A stretch of 63,441 nucleotides of DNA, the filler included, from Kipferlia bialata (taxonomy: Eukaryota), in the NCBI GenBank assembly GCA_003568945.1. It is 4 parts of 4 records of this genome, joined end to end, with 100 filler letters (N's around TTAATTAATTAA, not from the genome) between each part and the next. Parts side by side here need not be neighbours in the genome. Positions count along the whole stretch, not along the records: positions 1 to 14,209 come from BDIP01000168.1; positions 14,310 to 41,722 come from BDIP01000169.1; 2 more parts are not named here. One strand, given 5' to 3'. Positions 12,847 to 27,300 of the stretch are shown here, one piece after another. The notes beneath the pieces are model-generated. The model was given only the letters and a program-made list of their open reading frames with translations, had not been told where the DNA came from and did no database searches. Numbering within the stretch: position 1 is the first letter of the stretch; each line of letters begins with the position of its first letter. The translations under genes and the position numbers were made by a program.

Positions 12847-14172
12847 TCACACAATCAGCCTCTTGCTCTCGAGGTGTGTGGCCTCTCTCCTCCTGTACAG
12901 CCAAGTGATGACACCCAGTGTGTACAGGTTCTGCCCAATGTACAAGGGGGATGCCCCTGTCCCAAAGTCTCCCCCAGACAGGAAGGACTTGGAGGGGTCA
13001 ACAATCCAGCCTGGGGTAGGTTGTGTATACAGAGTACAGAGACTCCTCTCTGCCAGACCACCTACAATGCACTTATACCCCCATACCTACTATGATGAGT
13101 GGGATGCTGTACCCGGCCAGTGTCTGGGACCCGAACCATATGCTGAAGAGGTCATCGGTGTCATGCAGCAGGATGTTCTGGAGGAGGTCACGGGACAGTC
13201 TGGGGGTAAGGGGAAGCAATTGAAAGAGTTCCATACAAGGTCAAGTAATGAAGGTGTTCTATCTCACCTGAACAGATGCATCCAGATGGCACCCTCGCAG
13301 CACAGGTTGAATATCATCTGGGGTAAGATGGGGAGGGGGCAACCATTCAATGACTGTCCATACCATGCAGAACCCTGGCACATCTCCCTCAATGGGCACA
13401 TTCAGGGAGTGGAGCATCGCATAGTTCCAGCCTGGGAGTCAGAATGAGGGACATTCACACCATAATTGACATTGAAACAATAAGGACACAATGAAACCTG
13501 CTGCTGAGTGTACCTGTGAGTATGTAGAGGTCTGTGCTGACTGGGTTTGTGTCGATGTCCCTCTGGCTCTGTCCCATATCGGGGTCACACGGGTACTTGT
13601 CCCACACAGCCTTCATGAACCCTCGCCAGGCTAGCTCTGGGTTGAGGTATCATTGCTTGTATGTATACTGGTTAGACGAGCTCAGCGCTAAGACAGCAAT
13701 AGTACATCACTAACTGCTACAATACCGCTGTATATATACATTCGTGTACCTTCATCAAAGCCATTGACTGCAAAGCATATCTGCTGCATGATGTAGTATG
13801 TGACCACATATGGCACAGAGTATCCAGTGTAGTCACCGGGAAGGAGGCCTGAGGTGAGGAAGAACTAGATGTCGATGTATTGAAACCATATATATTCGTA
13901 TAGGATAGCGTGACACGATACATCACACCTGATACCATGCCACAGATCCAGTACAGAAGGGGTGTCACTATGTGGGTACCGGCCACTATCAGCAGCACAT
14001 TGGCCATCCTCCTCAGCCAGAAGCGTCTGGGGTCTGAGGTGTTTCTGGCTGGGTCTCCCTTGTCCCCAGCATAGGGGGTCAGGCCTAGGTCAGGGAGGGA
14101 GATGTCCATGTGCTTGGACAGGACCAGGCACCACACAATGTTCCACACTGACGCCAGGGAGTGCCAGCACAT
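12847..14172 (-). CDS. CPBP/Abi-family (type II CAAX-like) intramembrane protease, 5'-truncated
   Basis: Seven phase-consistent exons give FDE|ELAWRGF (EExxxR), WNYAMLH, ILLHDTDD (HxxxN-equivalent) and FLSGGDFG, with hydrophobic helices. The stop is at 12847-12849. Confidence 0.8.
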
Positions 14173-14209
14173 CTGGAGGTGAGGGTCAGAGAGAGAGAGG
14201 TGGGGGGGG

Positions 14210-14309
14210 NNNNNNNNNNNNNNNNNNNNNNNNNNNNNNNNNNNNNNNNNNNNTTAATTAATTAANNNNNNNNNNNNNNNNNNNNNNNNNNNNNNNNNNN
14301 NNNNNNNNN
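14210..14309. other. Artificial contig spacer
   Basis: N-run with a central TTAATTAATTAA six-frame stop linker. Confidence 0.98.
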
Positions 14310-14328
14310 TATAGAGAGAGAGCCATCA

Positions 14329-15315
14329 TCACTGGCCTACATGGACACAATGATCATACAGAGGTATATATATATGTATATATGTATAATTACAGAGGTA
14401 TATGTATGTATATATATGTATGTAAATGCGTATGTAGTTACTGTATGTATATATGACCCAGCACTGGCCTACATGGACACAATGATCATCATACAGAGGT
14501 ATATATCTGTGTATATACTAGTATATTTTTACTACCTAACTCCTCAGGTCTGGCTCCGTTGTCAGTATCAGCATAGACGGTGTGTACTGCCTCCTGTCCA
14601 CAAGTCCCACAGACACAGAGACAGGTATATATATATATATATATAGTATAGTAATATAATAGTATAGTATGGTATATATATATGTATAGGTGTGTACTGT
14701 CTGCTGTCCACCAGTCCCACAGACACAGACACAGGTATTGAAGTGTAGTATGGGTGTACAAAAGAGAAAGGATATAATGTGGTTAACATCATTGTATATT
14801 CTGTCTGCTGTCCACCAAATACAGATCAGGTACCAACACGTTCTGTATACAGTGGTATATATTGTATAGAAGAGATAGGGGTATGGACATAGACTACTGT
14901 CTGCTGTCCACCAGACACAGAACAGGTATCAATGCAATATCAAGTCTGGACACGTATGCGTATACTATCTTATCCCAGGTTCTCACCCCCTCTCCACCCA
15001 CTGTACTGCCAAGTATATACATACCATATATATATTATATATATATTATATGTATTATATGTATTATCCTGTGACTCATACCAGGCTCTGACCCCCTCTC
15101 CACCCACTGTGCCGGCAAGTATATACATACTCTATACATACTCTATATATGTATACTATATACAGACTATCCCCGTTAATGCCTAGGCTCCGACCCCCTC
15201 TCCGCCCACTGTGCTGTCAAGGCTGCTAGGCTGTTAGAGACTGAGACTGAGGGGCTGAGAGAGGTGCTGGAGTCAGACGGAGGATTTAAGAAGGTGGGTA
15301 GTATTTCATTCATAC

Positions 15316-15351
<36 letters not shown>

Positions 15352-18300
15352 AGAATGAGGGACTGAGAGAAGTGCTGGAGTCAGACGGGGGCTTTAAGAA
15401 GGTGTGTAATGTTTCATTTATACATAGAGAGAGAAAGAGAGAGAGAGGGAGAGACACTGTGACTGAGGCAGGTGCTGGAGTCAGACGGGGGCTTTAGGAA
15501 GGTGGGTACATTCACTCACCTCCATTTCGCACCTGTCTCTCTTTCTACCCCTCTGAGCCTCGTGCAGACATATTCATTCTCCCCTTCCTCTCTCTTTCTA
15601 ACGCTCAGACCCTGATGCGCAAACTCGGTACCCGTTTGGAGCACATCTTCACACTGGAGGTGGACGTGTCAAATGTGCATGTCAGGTATATATAGAGAGT
15701 ATGTGTTTGAAGTGTATGGTCCCATATACTATGGTAGAGGCCATGGACGGTGCAGACAGTGCGTGTGTTCGTGTATACTATATCATATCTCTTAATATGC
15801 ATATGTATTCTGTAGTATACTATCTAACATCAGAATAGAGGCCATGGACGGTGTAGACAGTGCTTTTGTTGGTATACTATGTACCCCATGTAGTTACAGT
15901 ATGTATATCATAGTGCACACTCTCTATCCTCTCTTACAATAAGGATAGAGGCCATGGACGGTGCAGACAGTGCGTGTGTGGGCATGGTGCTATAGATGTA
16001 TATACATATACATTCTTCCTATCTCATATCAGAGTGGAGAGTATGGATGGGTCTGACAGTGCGTGTGTGGGCATGGTATTAGAGGGAGGCAGTCTAAGAG
16101 GGCAGAGACCTGAGCTGTCCCTCAACACCCTGGGTGCAGTGTCAGTGTACTCACTCACACACTTCACACCCCTGCACATGATCACTGACAGGAACACCCA
16201 GATAGAGGTGTGTATGTGTATATATACACCATAAGTATCTACAAAGAATGTGTCAATCATGCTTATTGTACTCACTCCAGGCCATGAAGGAGATTGCCCT
16301 CTCCCCCCCTCCCTCTGTGCTGTCTGTGCCCAGACCCATAGTGGGTACAGTGGAGGTGCTGCCAGAGGGGGCAGCAGACGCACTTCTCAGAGTACCTATT
16401 CTTAAGGTAGGGCTAGCATATATACACACATACGCATATATATAGTTGGGGCAGTGGAGGTGCTGCCAGAGGGGGCAGCAGACGCATTGTTACGTGTGCC
16501 AATACTCAAGGTATACCTATAGATGTGTCTTTGTTTATGTGTACATATAGGGACAGTGGAGGTGCTGCCGGAAGGGGCGGCTGATGCACTTCTCAGAGTG
16601 CCTATTCTCAAGTTAGTCAATTACAGATTTGTAGAGAGAGGGGGGGACTAATGCTTCTTTAGTCAGGGGACTAAAGAACCTAATTCTTTCAAGTTTTTAT
16701 GTACTACATTTTGCATGGTCTCTTCAATGACTTACTATCAGGCGTGTGTGAGTGACGAGCGCCTAGCTGCCGCCCTGCGTGTCTTCACGTCCCTAGACAC
16801 CTGGGGCAGGGCAGAGAGCAAGGCCAGAGTAAGCCTAGAGAGTGCATTCCAGTCATTGATGCAGGATGGATCAGTCGATAGATACCCAGGTATTTATGTA
16901 TGTATATAAATGTATATATATACACATATGTATGAATAGGTACACTTCATACTACACTCACCTTTCAGACCTCTACTGTAGACACCTTGTGCGGCGTCTG
17001 GTCAAGGGTGTGTCTGCCTCCATGGAACTGTCGGAGATGGACAGGTGTGAATATGAATTTATACCTTTGGCACACGTGCAGATATGTATAATTACTCGTT
17101 ATGTAGAAATCTAACATGCTAGGGCAACCCTCGCTGAGGTAGAGCGTGCCCTCCCCCTCAGACACATCCAGTCCCTGAGGGACGAGGCCATGCAGTATCT
17201 GAGGGATGCAGGGGTGTTCAAGAAGGGGCTATCCCAGTCGGGGAGGAGCAAGGTGAGTGCTGTTATATGTTATAGTCACTGTGTAGTGATACTGATAGTT
17301 TCTTACGCGATAGGTAGCGAACCGGGCCCTGCAGATGGTCATGATGCACGGGACAGGGGGGCCTAGTGGCACAGGGTCGTCCTTCTACCCCACTGCCCCA
17401 GGGGACGAGGATGAGACCAGTCCATCTAGTACAGAGTCCAATATGCTACAGGGCCTCAACACCCACTTTAGAGTGGCTGAGACTGAGTTCACGTATTGCT
17501 CCACAGTGCCATCTCCCAACGGTGCCCATCCTACCCATGTGGAAGCACTAGAACTAGAGTCCACAGCACTGTCACACCCTCTACCACAGGCGGGAGGGGG
17601 TGCATGTGTCGAGACACCCCTCTTTGGTTGCACATCCACACAATTCAGTACATCACTCGACATTGCAGATAGTGTGAGCTGTGTGGTGTCGGTGGGATCT
17701 CTAGCAGCCACCCATATTCCTACTGGCTCTGCTGTGCTTAGGGAGAGACATCCATCGGCCGGGGCCCAGGTGAAGCTGTTATGTTTCTCTCTCTCCCTTC
17801 ATATCAGTGATTTTGTTGGACTCCATCAGACTATAGCTCAGTCCTTCTCTGTGTGTGTGCCTTTTCACACAAACTCACTCTCAGGTTGAGCTGTCCCTGT
17901 GCTACAGCCCCCACACACACCCAGACACCCCTCAGGTACACTGTATACAGAATATAGATATCCATATGTATACCATGTCTGGATCTACTTTAGGTATGTC
18001 ACTACTGTATATACTGCACTCATATTAATACTCCTCAGGCCCTGGAGGAGGATGCCAGAGGTACTTTGTGTAAATAGTGTATATAGCACATATATACTAA
18101 AGAGTATACATTGTATTGTATATAGTGCTATGAGTTACATTCAATATATGTACTAATACCCCTCAGGCTCTGGAGGAGGACGCATTCAAGTGCAGGGACC
18201 CCATGCTATCAGTGGACGTCAAGTCCTCCCCCGTCATCGTGTCACTGTCCCAGCCTATCCTGGAGTCTCTTCTCAAGGCCGGTATCGACACACAACGTAA

Positions 18301-21300
18301 GGTCGTTGCGGCTCTCAGTGACGACGCCAGTGTGAGAGACACCCTAGCCGGTGCATCTGCGGCTGTCAAGAGGCTAGGCCAGGCGTGTACCTTCCCGATT
18401 GCTGTGACAGGTATACTGGGTGCACCCACCATCATATACACCCTAGACCCAGCCTACAAGGGAGAGAGTGACTGTTCCGAGGAGGACTCTGATAGCGATG
18501 CTCTTGCTATAGCTACAGAGTGCGACTCCTGTGTGGTGTTCCAACTAGGAACGGTCACCATTACAAGCTTTGTGGTGGACCTGGATGAGGGATCGCGTAG
18601 ATTTGTGGCCAAGCTCCCTGGAGGTGTTAAGTGCTACGATACCTATGAGGTAGCAGTGGAGGGTATCGCTGTGTCTGTCGCGTCTTTGGCAGAGGGAGAG
18701 GGCCAGAGTACAGGGGCTACTCCTGACGCCACTCCGATGGGCACCAGTTGCACCAGTGTTACTGGCCTGAGAGAGGCCGAGGGGAGTGAAGACAGTGACT
18801 CCACCGGTGCTAGTGGTAGAGCACTCGACTATGCTGAGCGTGTTCTACGGCTATGTGAGGCAGCGGAGACAGATACAGAGTCTCTCTCATCCTGCACCAC
18901 CTGTCTGGCCATACCGCATATCAACACCTACATAGGTCGCTGCATGGTCCCCCTAACTGCCTCCAGCCCCCAGAGCCTCGTGTACACAGACATCCCCTCG
19001 GAGATATGCCTCTCCTTCCCCCATGCTACTGCTGTAGCCCTGCTAAGGCTGGGGCTAGAGGCTGAGAGGGCGGTTGCCGTGGCTGGAGTGGCGGCCTCAG
19101 ATGTCAATGATCTGTATGCTCTCTCGGAGCACCTCTATCTCTCGGAGAGAGAGAGAGAGAGAGAGGAGTGCGTGCTGACAGAATCTCACTCCCTCATCAG
19201 GTACAGTTTGGATCTCTCTACATCTATTGTAAACATCAATGTAACGTGGCCAGTGTAGTTAATCCTCACCGTCAGGAGCCTCAACCAGTCTGTGTCTAGA
19301 AAAGGTGTCAAGTGGGGGGCAGGGGAGCGCCTCCTCAAGTCAGTCTTTGAGCTATCAGTCCCCACCCTTCGCATAGAGACTGCTGGACACGCCAAGCTGG
19401 GCATAGAGTCAGGGTACACCGTCACATTCGGCAGATTGGCTGTCAAGTGTGAGAGCAAGGAGGGTGTTGCACCCTTCCTCGCCTCAGTCTCCCTTGAGTC
19501 GTTCTCTATGAGAGATGGGTCGGGTAGCACTACGCTGCTGAAGGGCGCTGGATCACAGGCCGTTCCATTTGTATCAGGTAATCGTGTAGATATATGAAGT
19601 GTATACTATAATGTGAGTATGGTTCTCACCCCCAGCTAGGTTCGAGGTATTGGCCGGTCCCTCTACTGCAGGTGGAGAGAGAGGGAGAGAGAGAGAGAGG
19701 CAGAAGGAGGTGCATGTCATGGCAGCAGTGGGTGCAGGGGTCATGACTCTGAGTAGGAGAGAGCTCCTCAGTGCCAGTCAGTGGCTATTCTCCTACATTC
19801 ACCCCTTGAAGACCACTCTTAGACAGATGCGGCCCCTTAACAGTGCTACAAGTACGCCAGAGCAGAGTGAAGGGGAGTCATCGGTATCTGGCGCTATAGG
19901 GACTGTGGTAGGCAACCTTCCCCGACCTGTCTTGAGAGTGAGGCTAGGCTTGGACAGGCTCTCTCTCAGACTGCAGGGAGAGAGACACTTTGACATCAAT
20001 GCAGCTGTCAGAGGTGTCAAGCTTGATGTCAACAGACGGGAGGGAGAGAGAGCGAGGGTCAGGATGGATGGTATCTCTGTCACAGACTCAGATGGGTATG
20101 TGATACTGGAGAGGGTACCCGATCAGGAGGTGGAGGGAGAGGGAGAGAGCTCCCATGGGCTGGCCCCAGGGTGTATACTCGACGTCACCTACTCAGAGAG
20201 AGTGGTTGCATGTGGTGATAGCAACTCGCACGATGACTGGGAGGAGTCTGGGGACTACGCGATAGTGGATGAGAGCATGGCGGAGCCTGCCTTCACTCTG
20301 ACCTGTCTATTTGGCAAGGTTGCTACATACCTGAGTCCTGCAGTGATATCAGGCTTCCTAGTATTCATATCCATTCCAAAGGAGGCCAGAGGACTCAAGG
20401 TTGGTATACACACTAATATATACATTAGTGTGAGGTGGATGTAGGTGGTAGTTCCTCTAGTACCTCACCCTAGGCCCTAGCCGATGCTATCAGGGGTGGG
20501 GTGGAGAGTGTGGCCATCGGTACTGTGGAGACAGTGCTGACCAACAGTGGGAAGAGGTATGCTTCATACCAATACGACATATTCACTCATTTAGTAGTAA
20601 TAGGTGTCATTTCTCTGGATGGTATCTTACCCCAGCAACAGGGACATCAGCTTTGTGGTCCATGGGTACATGCCCGAGATCACTGTATACGACTCGGTGC
20701 TCGGTCTGTGTAGGGGAGAGTCTAGGGATGGGATACTGGAACCACTCGATGCGTCTGGTCTAGAGGACTCTGCCTCAGAGGGTAGTGGTGACAGCTCCTC
20801 TAATGCCTCCGATGGAGAGAGAGAGGAGACTCCCGAGAAGGGTATCGTTGTCTCAGGTGGAGCTCTCTCTGTCACTACTGAGAAGGTTGAGAGGGATGGG
20901 GAGGATGGCCCGTGCTACTTTAGATGCCTGTGCGTGAGTCTTGCAGGTGTATGCACCAAGAGCCTGGATGGAGTTGATATCATATCCTCCATCGGGCTGG
21001 ATATGCAGAGAGAGACGCCTATCCTAGCAGAGGGTGCTAAGAGGGCTGACAGTGACCCTGTGCCTGTGGAGATACACATCCAGGCCACAGATACCCTCTG
21101 TGTATCATTGTCTGAGTCCACTGTTGGGACAATCAACAGCATCATACTCCACACCACACTTGAGGTTCGCGTATATTCCTTGATATATGGTTGTTTTCTA
21201 CGCGGTGTAGTAACTCCTACTCACATGCAGGTTGATGAGGGGTGGGACGACATGTGTGAGGAAGGGTCAACTGGTATACCCCTGAGCATACCAGACCTAC

Positions 21301-24300
21301 TCGACTGTGCCAGTAGAGATTTGGCAGAGGTCCTGAGGTCTATAGCAGCAGCAGGGCAGGACCTCTCTACAGCTGTCTCCAAGAGACTCTGTCCCAACGT
21401 CACTCTGGACCTAGTGGCAGAGAGTGGTGTCTCAGTGGAGCTTAGGAGAGAGGACCCCTGCTACCGATTCTCAGCAGGTATATGCCATATATACATACGT
21501 GTATATATATAGTATTGAAGTATTACTATAATATATCTGATGATAGGCTGCATGAGTCTGGAGTGCCACTGGGAGGACCAGACCCTCAGTGTGTCTGCTG
21601 ACTTAGAGGGTACCCTACACACTGTAGACATTAGAGACCCAGAGTCACCAGTGTCTATCCTGCTCCTGCATGGCTCCGGTCCTGATACACCCGCCCTATC
21701 TGCCTCGGTACGTATATATTTCCACGTATCCTAGTAGATTAGTTATACACTCTAACGGTAGCTCCGAGTCGACCTCTCCACCCTAGAGTGTGATACCACT
21801 GTGGCCCTAGGGACTGCCCACTGTACAGTGTACTTCCCCACACTGATAGACATCCTATCCTTCTTCACAGCACACCCCTTGCACCAGAGGGTTGGACATG
21901 GGTCCTCCCAGGGGCAGAGCGTCAGCGACGGACACATACACTCAGACTCGAGGTGCATATACCACCCATATTGCCATACATAAGAGCTAGTTATGTCCTC
22001 TGTGGCGTCTAATTCCTAGGTTTGGTGACAGTGAGTCCATCAACAGCTACATGCATAGGGAGGACGCCGCTGGTATATCCGGGTTCCTGGGACTACACGA
22101 TATCGGTTCAGACGTTGAAACCCCAACCGGGTCCGGCGACCCCAGAGGCCACTCCTTTGTGCAGGGCATTGTCTCCTGTCTAGTAGGGCAGCACCGGGAG
22201 AAGGGGTCAGCGCCCACAATACACGTACACTCTGACACTGTCGAGCGTATCCTCAACAGCATCACACAGGCACTAGGGGCACCTGGTGATACCTCAGAGA
22301 GTATTGCCCTAGCACTCTCTCTCACTATATCCAAGTTCCATGTATGCCTGCCTACGGCAGTGGATGGCGTTGGTCCAACTGTGGTTGTCAAGGGCGGGGT
22401 GGACCTCAGCTTCCAGACTAGGCTTGACGCCTTTGCAAGCGGTGAGGGCCTGGTGCAGCATGTATCTGCGGCACTCAAGTCCCTCTCGGTCTTTGTCCAC
22501 TCGCACTCACCTTCCCACAGAGGGGTACGTTCCACGCCTTCGAGTCCCGGTCTCGCTGCCCCTGCAGTCACTCGCCACTCGTCGCGTAAAGTTCTTCTCA
22601 TTGACGATGCCTTCCTAGCAGTGGTTGGGAACATGTTCAGGGTGCTACCGAGGAGGGAGGAGGAGCACGAGCTGCTCACTAACCAGCTCTTTTCATCAGG
22701 TATTGTGGCTGTATGAGTACCACTACATATGTATATGTATACGCTACTGACACTCAGGTGCTGTTGTCCTAGCCAGTGGCAGTGAGGTACTAGCAGTCAA
22801 GCTCTCAGCTGAGGACTTCCGCCTTCTCCAGGCCCTACCCCAGTTGATACTCGATACCCTTGATGTGGCCCTTCCTGTTGCATCAGAGGACAGCGCTGCA
22901 GCAGGTACCTTCGCATACCCCTCGGGAGGCCTCCTCTCCCCTACTGCCTCGGAGCCCTTTGCAGTCAGGTCCGCTCTCCGCCTGGCAGGCAGTGTGACTG
23001 TATCCATGTGTCCAGTTATAGGTCTGCTGATGGGGCCATCTAGGTCTCCACTGGTACAGATTGCACTGGATACTCTAGAGGCATCAGTCACACACGCCGG
23101 TACCTCTATAGTGTGTGGCGCTACTGCACAGGCCTTTGATTCAGAGAATGCTGCGTTTGTGTCCCTGTTGGCCGGGACAAAGGTATCTACACTGTCAACA
23201 ATTCTACATTACAAGCTACTATCATGAATCTTACCTTAGGCATGTGTAGACGCGTACTACCCTATCGACAGCCACGGCAACAGGTCTGTGATTGCGAGGG
23301 TGGGTATCACTAGTAGTGCTGCCGGTTCTGACAAGGCAGTGGGGCTACACGTTACCCCCGCGGCGCTCAAGGCGCTCTCTAGCCTGTTGGTCTCCTTTGA
23401 CGATGACGCCCCACTCAATCGCGTAGATGAGGATGACGATGATGGGTGTGATGAGGAGATTGACACTTTGGCCCTAAAGGCTGTGTGTCTTTCCCTCGGC
23501 GACAATCTGGGTAGAGAGTGCATGAGTACCCGAGAGCTGAAGAAGACTATCAGGAAGGAGGAGAGTGTGCTGCTGGCCTCCATGCTCTCAGTGCTCAAGG
23601 ATGGAGATGTGTCTGAGTTTGATACGGTGGCAGAGGCCCTCAGGTCAGGGACTTTGGAGAAGAGACGGTGCATCCGATACCCACCTGGTGTCAGGAAGGA
23701 CAAGGTCCAGAGCAGGAGATACGCGTCTCTTCTGGCTGCCAGGTAGAGTATTCTCTTTATCTATAATGCACCAAGGGCTATTGTTCTGGAGTGTGTCTCA
23801 TACTCTCTTAAACTCTCATATGGTTGTGTCCGTACTCATGCCAGGTTCTGTGTTGCTGCCAGCAGGACAGGTCTCCGGAACGAGGACACACCCCTTCTTC
23901 TACGCTGTGTGGAGCTGGGTGCCTCTCTTCCCTCAGTCTTCAGTGCTAGAGTTGTCGAGAAGTGCAAGGTTCGGCGTATAGCTAGAGTATCTCAATTGTA
24001 AGTTTCCTCATTTCAGGAATTCCTCTGTGAGGTTGAGGCCATGGAGCGTGACAGGCACCCACCTGTCACAGAGATGGAGTACAGGCTGCACAATGCTACC
24101 AATGTTCCGTTCCATGTCTTTGCCACCACAGTGGAAGTCGACCACTCCCAGGTACAAGACCAGTGGAGTCAGCTGTTCTATTTGTATTGTGTTCACACCA
24201 TCTCTTTCTCTGACTTGCAGATCCTCCCCTTGATCCACAGCAAGCTAGTGCCTGCTGGAGACCCACAGGTAGGGTGCCTCAATTATGTATATAGATACAT

Positions 24301-27300
24301 AGAGGGAGTATGTATGTGTGTATTTAATATTATCCTCACACTTAGGCCAAGAGCAGTCTCCCTAGTGTCTTCTCTCCTGCCAAGAGAGAGAGAGAGAGGG
24401 TCCTCGCAGAGTCGCGTACTCAGCAGGAGGATCCTTCTGTAGTGAAGGCTGTCATCGACAACTACCTCCACCACTCAGGGGACAGTGCCTCCTCTGAAGT
24501 AGCTGCAGCACCCTATGTCTACGAGAGAGTCGAGATTGGGGGAACTGCACTCTTTGACGTGGGTAAGTATCATCTACGTACTGTAATGAGTATCATGTAG
24601 GATGACACGCTGATAATAGGACTTCACAATGTTGACATTGAGACTGTGAACTCTGTGGCTGCGGCTGATACCATCTCATTCTTGGTCCCAGGCTACACAT
24701 CCCAGACATCCTCCTGGGACGGGATCTGCATATCTCACATTGGCACCCACATGGTGGAGTTTGTGTCCCCCACTAGCAGCACCCTCAGATTCCTTGTGGA
24801 GGTATCTTTAGAGGGCTCTCAGATGTGCATCCAAGTATCAAGTGGGGTGGACTTGGTCAACGAGACACTGATGCCACTCGAGTTCCACTGCATGTAAGTC
24901 CAACTCTTCTCTCTGTCAAGTAAAGTGATGTATCTATCAGGCTTGTGTATGAAAACTGTTGCCGTTCTGTTTCCTCACTCCCAGTAACAGCATCAAGAGC
25001 AACTGGGGCTGCCTGATTCCACCTCTGTCCAAGTGTTCTCTACCAGGTACTTACTTACCACACATCTTCAGTAACTCTTCATTTGAATGATTATTCCTAG
25101 CCTAACCCCAGCCCACTTTGTCAACGACCCGAGCATCTGCTTCGTGATGCTGCCGCACCTCACAGGTGCATCCACCCCAGACCTCAGTGACAAGGTGTCC
25201 ACAGGAGACGATGCCCAATCTTCAACAGAGAGAGAGGCCGAGGCAGAGAGCCACACCTCTACCCTCCCCGACCTCTTCCCAGCAGCTGGTAGGAACAGCA
25301 TCGTCAGCGTGACAGCCCCAGGGGTAGTGGCTGAAGTGGCTGACTATTCTGAGATCATTAAGCTGTTTGAGCTACTATTGGTACCAGACACCGTGCTACC
25401 CGTCATGTGCCCTCTGTCTCAGGACGACGCTCAGCCATCCACACCCACCAAGACTGCGGAGGTTCCAGCCTGGTCTGCGGAGTTGTACGGCACTCAGGGC
25501 CCTGCTCCTACGCGGTTTGACAATGCTCTCTTCCTGTGCCGCTCCGTTGACTCTGACATGCGTAGGGCCATCCACTTTGAGTCTGCATTTAGGCTGCTCA
25601 ACGAGTCCACGCTGAGTGTCACCTTACACCTCTGCGTAACCACACGAAGGCAGATCGAGCGCGACCCTCATGCCAAGCCCCTCCCCCTGTGTGTCACACT
25701 ACCACCTAAGAGTGTGGGTGATCTACCCGTTGTTGATATGGATGCCGAGGTGTCCATGGTCTATATGGCAGCTGAGGATGCGGATGGAAACGAGGTCTGC
25801 GCCCGCACCTTTGGTATCCCAGTCTACCTGCAGAGCAAGAGGCATTCGTGTAGCGGCACTGTAACCAAGAGCGCTCTCAGGAACTGGCCCCTGGCTATGA
25901 ACGTCAGGTACACAATTATCTCCATTTCTACACGATATATGTGGTAAGAGTGCTTACCCTAGGACCTTGCCACCGGGTAGTGTGTATGGAGGGTTCGAGA
26001 CACCCGTGTGTCCTTGTGGGACCAAGCCCTCCGGTCTCACTCTTGTCCAGATATTCGCCCCATACCTCATCAGGAACCACCTCACTGCCGGACCTCGCAT
26101 TGCAGCATCCATTGCCAAGAGGTAATGACTGTGTAGTTAAAGTATCATTGTAGTTACTCTACTGACTCCCTAGGGTGAAGCACCTGAACACTCTGAATGA
26201 TGTGTGTGTGGTCTCTCCGGGTGGCACTGTTGCCATGGCATTTGGCAAGGCCAAGGGTGCTGGGAAGGAAGGGGCAGAGGATGGGGACGGGGACGGAACC
26301 GCTACTATCGACAGGGGGAAGCTCTCTCTGGTTATGCACAGGGTACGACGCATACTTTGTCTCTGATTTGGTCTACCTTAGCAACTATCTCTCTCTGACG
26401 TGTTAGGAGAAGCAGAGGCTGCGGTTTGTACACGGTATCTCCATCAGGCTGTCAGACTTCCACAGTGATACTCCGACATTCATTAGGGACTCCAAGTGCA
26501 GCCTCGGGTACCATGGTATACCAGCAACGGTGCAGGTACATAGTACTACATTGTACCTGGTGATTCTCCACTACATATAAGATGCCTCTTACTTCAAGGT
26601 CCGCCTGGCAAACAACAGTGGTCTTACGCGGTGTGTAGATATCCTCCCCAGGATTCATGTAGTCAACCACACCAGAGAGGCCCTGCACATGCTGGTGGGA
26701 CCTCAGGCAACAGGTACCCAATCCTACACGATTCCCCTCTAGTATCTTTTCATCTCACTCTCTCACTATAGCGAAGCCGAAGCGCTGCCGTGCCGACTAC
26801 GGTCTTATATCCTGCCCCCCTAGCACCTCCACCCCCTTCACAGCCATGTGTGCGGACACAGACTCTGACCCCTCCTGTCCCCTCTATGGACATCTGTCCT
26901 TCCTAGACATACCACATATGGCAGTGCCCAACCTATCGGGACACGATCAGTTCTCATTTTCCATCCCGCTGCACCTTCCAGGGTACTATGACGTTATGCT
27001 ACGTACAGCGGAGGATGCCACAACCTCAGTTATCGGAGAGAGAGAGGCCAGTGAATGGCAGACGGATGAGGGACGTGATGCTCCTCTGTGGTGCCAGGTG
27101 AATCTATTCATATAGACACTTAATCTACGATCATATCTCTGCCTGAGGTCTCGTTTATCTTTTCACCTCAGGTGCGTGTGATTGTGAAGGATGGCCAGAC
27201 GACTGTCAGGCTCTTTGACGCCCCATCCCTCAACACGCCTCCCTACCGTGTAACAAACAAGACAAGGCGCACACTCCATATCAGACAGTGTGTGGACCCA

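Noticed and set aside
12809..13447. 212-aa plus-strand ORF
   Set aside because: It lies antisense to exons and introns of the CPBP gene, which has recognisable motifs and canonical splice sites. The ORF has no recognisable features.
14254..14265. TTAATTAATTAA palindrome repeated three times in the window
   Set aside because: It is a synthetic linker inside N spacers, so genes on either side are not neighbours.
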